Of a DNA stretch of 20,569 nucleotides, positions 17,537 to 20,569 are shown in pieces. The notes under the pieces are model-generated. The model searched no databases. It saw only the letters and a program-made list of their open reading frames with translations, and was not told the DNA's origin. Numbering within the stretch: position 1 is the first letter of the stretch; every line of letters begins with the position of its first letter. Source of the stretch: Candidatus Heimdallarchaeota archaeon (GTDB taxonomy: Archaea > Asgardarchaeota > Heimdallarchaeia > Heimdallarchaeales > Heimdallarchaeaceae); assembly GCA_030668825.1 (NCBI GenBank), contig DAOVET010000043.1:1-20569 (forward strand), in the 5' to 3' direction. The position numbers were made by a program, and so were the translations under genes.

Positions 17537-18412
17537 GTGTATTTTATGAACAATGAGTCGGAAAGTTATCTGCGATTCATCCTAGAAAATATTCTTTGTT
17601 TAGAGGATAGTAGTGAAGTTACGATTCATTTGATAAACATTTTAGAGGGAGTGCAATGGGACATTATGGACTGCAACGATGAGATCAGATTTGTTTCTAT
17701 TAATCATCGTTTAGAAGGAAGTGAGATTGATTCACCTAGTTTTCGAAAAATCTACAGTGGAGCAACAAGAAGAAAACTACCTATTATTCATCTACATAAT
17801 GAGAACGATGATATTTTTGGAGCTTTTCAGCATAAATCAGTAGTAAAAGTATGGAAACTATCTATTAAGGAGAAATTACAAGATGTAAGGTTAATACCTT
17901 TTTTGGATGATCCCGATAGAGCACAGTATCTACAAATTGAATTTCCAACTGGGATCTTCCAGATAAAGAGTATTTTCCAGCTCTTTCCAACAGATAACTA
18001 TTTTCTAGCTAATATAGAATATTCAAAGAAGTATGCTAAAGCTTATGAGAAATTCACTAAAATTGTTCCTTTTACAGTTGATAGAATTATCGATTTGCTT
18101 TCTACAGAAGAAATAGCACCATCATTCAAAGCATGGGAAGAAGATCCTGATAGGTTTGACATACCTGGAGTTGATTCAGCAGATATAACTTTAGCTAGAA
18201 AACTAGCATCCGAATTACCAGCTGAAGAACTTAACATTCTTGTTAATCAAATAAGAGAAATAATGACAGCTACAGATTGGGAGAATGATACTGATAATCT
18301 TACAATTGAAAGATATTCGAAATTCCTCAAATATGTCAAACAAATAAGGAAAATCAAGAAAAAAGAACCACCAGATGATTATTCTTTCATACTGGAAGAT
18401 GAAAGTCCTTAA
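17537..18412 (+). CDS. Hypothetical protein
   Basis: 291-aa ORF co-oriented with its neighbours, globular-looking composition, no recognised motif. The start may be the ATG at 17546. Confidence 0.7.
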   Translation: MYFMNNESESYLRFILENILCLEDSSEVTIHLINILEGVQWDIMDCNDEIRFVSINHRLEGSEIDSPSFRKIYSGATRRKLPIIHLHNENDDIFGAFQHKSVVKVWKLSIKEKLQDVRLIPFLDDPDRAQYLQIEFPTGIFQIKSIFQLFPTDNYFLANIEYSKKYAKAYEKFTKIVPFTVDRIIDLLSTEEIAPSFKAWEEDPDRFDIPGVDSADITLARKLASELPAEELNILVNQIREIMTATDWENDTDNLTIERYSKFLKYVKQIRKIKKKEPPDDYSFILEDESP

Positions 18413-18590
18413 TATTTCCAAATTCCTGCATTACATCCTAACAAATCATAATATGTGTTTTTAATTAAGGTTCCACAATAATCAACGAGAAATTATGTAG
18501 TGAGTTCCAAAGATATACGAAAGGCTTTTATGTTTATGCAGTGATTAGATATTAGATAAACTCTTGAAGTTTATTGGAAAGGCGAAAGAA

Positions 18591-19109
18591 ATGAAAAGTA
18601 AAAAAATTCTCCCATTAATGGTAGTTTTACTACTAGGAATGGTCGCTATAGGAAGTTCGACTACTCAAGCCAAAGTAACTAATATAGACTTCACAGCGTT
18701 GGAATATTTCTATTTTCCTGCGGGTGGATTCGTACCTCCAACAGTCTGGATTTCTGACGATGGAGTTGTACATTGGGATGATGCCATGTTCCCATTCAAA
18801 GTTTTTGGAGATATAGATGGTTTTCTCCATGCGGGTATTAAGAGAATGAATATTGATCCAATTACTGGAATCGGGCATGCTATTGGAACAAACTCCTTTG
18901 TAGGAAAATGGATGATAGATGATCAATTCTATGGATTAGATTTAAAATTCTCTGGCGTATCGGTTATGATACGTATTGATGGAAAAATTTCTGGGGAAGC
19001 AACATCTCACGGAACACTAGGTGGTTATAGTATCTTAATGAAGGCTACTTTTACCCCTGCATCAGGTGGAATGACTCTTATTGAAGGGACATTTACAATC
19101 CATCTATAG
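18591..19109 (+). CDS. Hypothetical secreted beta-rich protein
   Basis: From ATG 18591: MKSKK-ILPLMVVLLLGMVAIG-SSTTQA resembles a Sec signal peptide. The mature part is Gly/aromatic-rich with alternating beta-strand patterns. The ORF track start is TTG 18564. Confidence 0.75.
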   Translation: MKSKKILPLMVVLLLGMVAIGSSTTQAKVTNIDFTALEYFYFPAGGFVPPTVWISDDGVVHWDDAMFPFKVFGDIDGFLHAGIKRMNIDPITGIGHAIGTNSFVGKWMIDDQFYGLDLKFSGVSVMIRIDGKISGEATSHGTLGGYSILMKATFTPASGGMTLIEGTFTIHL

Positions 19110-19133
19110 AATAGAAAATACCAAACAAAACAA

Positions 19134-19155
19134 CTTCCTTTTCTTTTTTTCTTCC
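19134..19155 (+). terminator. Oligo-T terminator-like tract
   Basis: CTTCCTTTTCTTTTTTTCTTCC between convergent genes. Confidence 0.5.
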
Positions 19156-19193
19156 AGACTTTGATATTTTTTGTAAGAATAACTGCTACCAAA

Positions 19194-19757
19194 TCATGAT
19201 GAACATATTTTTTCTGCAAGATCTTTCAAATCATTCATTATTTCAGGATTATCAGAGACGATTAAGTTATCTCCCCCTGTTCCGTGAACTACTCCTAAAT
19301 TTTCTCCTCTGAAATATCTAATCATGTGATCGATTGATTCAATCGCAGTAAAAACCCCAGATCCTTGAGCATTTGTATCTCCATAAACAAAAATACTTGC
19401 AAACTTGTGTCCGTTAAGAGAATGACCTCCTTGAACATGTAAAGCCACTAATCTATCAATAAACAGCTTTAATTGAGCAGAATAATTAAACCAGTAAATA
19501 GGAGAAGCAAAAACAATTACATCAGAGTCTAAAACAGATGGATATAGTCCATTCATTACATCATTTTGAACACATCTTAATGGAAAATCCTTGTAACACC
19601 AGAAGCAACCTTGACAGGGTTTGATGTCATAGTCATTAAGATGGAGAATTTCTACTTCATGCCCCCCTTTAATTACTATTCGTGATAATTCTTGAATTAG
19701 GAAAAAAGTATTACCTTTCTTCCTAGGACTTCCATTCAAAATGAGAATTCTGGACAT
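19194..19757 (-). CDS. Iron-sulfur flavoprotein (Isf) / NADPH-dependent FMN reductase family
   Basis: GSPRKKGNT, CX2CX2CX7C cluster (CQGCFWCYKDFPLRC), ASPIYW, QLKLFIDR. Confidence 0.92.
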   Translation of the reverse strand: MSRILILNGSPRKKGNTFFLIQELSRIVIKGGHEVEILHLNDYDIKPCQGCFWCYKDFPLRCVQNDVMNGLYPSVLDSDVIVFASPIYWFNYSAQLKLFIDRLVALHVQGGHSLNGHKFASIFVYGDTNAQGSGVFTAIESIDHMIRYFRGENLGVVHGTGGDNLIVSDNPEIMNDLKDLAEKICSS

Positions 19758-19778
19758 ATAATAGTCTACAATTCAACC

Positions 19779-19786
19779 TTTATAAG
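19779..19786 (-). promoter_or_regulatory. TATA box for the Isf gene (probably leaderless mRNA)
   Basis: Minus strand CTTATAAA, 21 nt upstream of the ATG; no Shine-Dalgarno seen. Confidence 0.5.
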
Positions 19787-19815
19787 AGTTATTTGGCAAA
19801 CTTGGAAAGTATAGC

Positions 19816-19859
19816 CTTAAATAGCTAATAAACTACAATCCCATTAGTATTCAAGGTGA
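19816..19859 (+). promoter_or_regulatory. TATA-like element and Shine-Dalgarno for the flavodoxin gene
   Basis: CTTAAATA at 19816-19823 and AAGGTGA at 19853-19859, 6 nt before the ATG. Confidence 0.5.
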
Positions 19860-19865
19860 ATTATA

Positions 19866-20363
19866 ATGGTTAAAACATTAATTGCATTTGGAACCAGATT
19901 TGGTGCAACAGCAAAATCTTCAGAAGTAATTGCCGAAGTACTAAAGGAAAAATTCAGTCATGAAGTTGAAGTAGTAAAACTATCTAGTGAGACAGAAAAT
20001 GTAGATATAACTAAGTTTGATAGTGTAATTGTTGGTACAAGCATAGCTAGGTTTAGCTGGACTAAACGAGCTAAGAAATTCTTGAAGAATGACTTCAGTG
20101 GTAAGAAATTGTTTGTTTTTATTTCATCAGCTGGCATAACCTACCCTGCACTAGAGAAAGGCGAAATGGAAAAATATGAAAAATGGAAAGGTCGCTTTCT
20201 AGACAGGGTTGTAAAGAAAAACGCTAATGTAGAGCCAACCTCAACTGCTGTTTTTGGTGGTTGGATGGAGAATAAAGGAAAACCTGGAACTTATAGCACA
20301 TATAATTGGAAAGAAGAAGATGCAGCTAAATGGGCAGAAGAAATAGGAAAACTAACTAGCTAA
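19866..20363 (+). CDS. Flavodoxin domain protein (HemG/Flavodoxin_5-like)
   Basis: LIAFGTRFGAT phosphate-binding loop, FDSVIVGTSI, KLFVFIS, FGG, C-terminal W.EE...WAEEI. Confidence 0.85.
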   Translation: MVKTLIAFGTRFGATAKSSEVIAEVLKEKFSHEVEVVKLSSETENVDITKFDSVIVGTSIARFSWTKRAKKFLKNDFSGKKLFVFISSAGITYPALEKGEMEKYEKWKGRFLDRVVKKNANVEPTSTAVFGGWMENKGKPGTYSTYNWKEEDAAKWAEEIGKLTS

Positions 20364-20367
20364 CTCA

Positions 20368-20382
20368 CTTTCTCTTTTTTTC
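20368..20382 (+). terminator. Oligo-T terminator-like tract
   Basis: CTTTCTCTTTTTTTC immediately after the stop. Confidence 0.5.
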
Positions 20383-20451
20383 AGTATTTTGCAAACAATA
20401 AGTCCAAAAACCCCCCTTACTAGATATGAGACAATATTGAAACCCCTAACC

Positions 20452-20487
20452 TTTACCTCGACTGGAGTAGGATTTACTTCGAGTGGA
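20452..20487. repeat. Imperfect 15-bp direct repeat, 21-bp period
   Basis: TTTACCTCGACTGGA (20452-20466) and TTTACTTCGAGTGGA (20473-20487), 13/15 identical. Confidence 0.7.
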
Positions 20488-20547
20488 AAAAAAGAAGAAA
20501 AAGTGAAGAGATGTTTTAAGAACCTAATACTATTTCAACAATTTCTT

Positions 20548-20562
20548 CAAAGTGTTTATATA
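20548..20562 (+). promoter_or_regulatory. BRE/TATA promoter for a gene beyond the window
   Basis: CAAAGTG-TTTATATA close to the right edge. Confidence 0.5.
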
Positions 20563-20569
20563 CAAAAGA

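Noticed and set aside
18413-18563. Possible ncRNA or repeat in the intergenic region (GTTCCA twice, TTAGATA twice)
   Set aside because: The matches are short and expected in AT-rich DNA; no convincing stem-loop, tRNA or CRISPR pattern.
987-19219. Small alternative-frame ORFs in the track (e.g. 987-1331, 3885-4169, 5212-5430, 7714-8061, 9849-10127, 12254-12547, 16430-16708, 18633-18926)
   Set aside because: They are antisense or overlapping shadows of well-supported genes, with no motifs or independent signals.
20452-20487. Mini-CRISPR array
   Set aside because: Only two 15-bp units with a 6-bp gap, far below CRISPR repeat/spacer sizes, and no cas genes.

Overview
AT-rich, gene-dense archaeal chromosomal segment. 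TATA/BRE-like promoters, GGTGA-type Shine-Dalgarno sites, oligo-T terminators and the gene content are most consistent with an Asgard (Heimdallarchaeia-like) archaeon, which is an inference. In order it holds: the 3' part of uvrA; kynureninase; an ABC-2 exporter (ATPase + permease); a nitroreductase; a degenerate LLM/Mer-like protein; a HAD-IIA phosphatase; a 494-aa helical unknown protein; a complete minus-strand DNA end-resection operon in the order nurA-herA-mre11-rad50; a VIT1/CCC1 transporter; a divergent geranylgeranyl-reductase-family flavoprotein; two hypothetical proteins (one secreted); an iron-sulfur flavoprotein; and a flavodoxin. No rRNA, tRNA, CRISPR array or mobile element was seen. 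Most notable: (1) the resection operon has a short-armed Rad50 and motif deviations in Mre11, HerA and Rad50; (2) the unknown protein just downstream has a 22-residue amphipathic repeat and a C-terminal MIM2-like motif; (3) the kynureninase has a hybrid specificity signature; (4) a 21-bp-period, ORB-like repeat lies at the right end.
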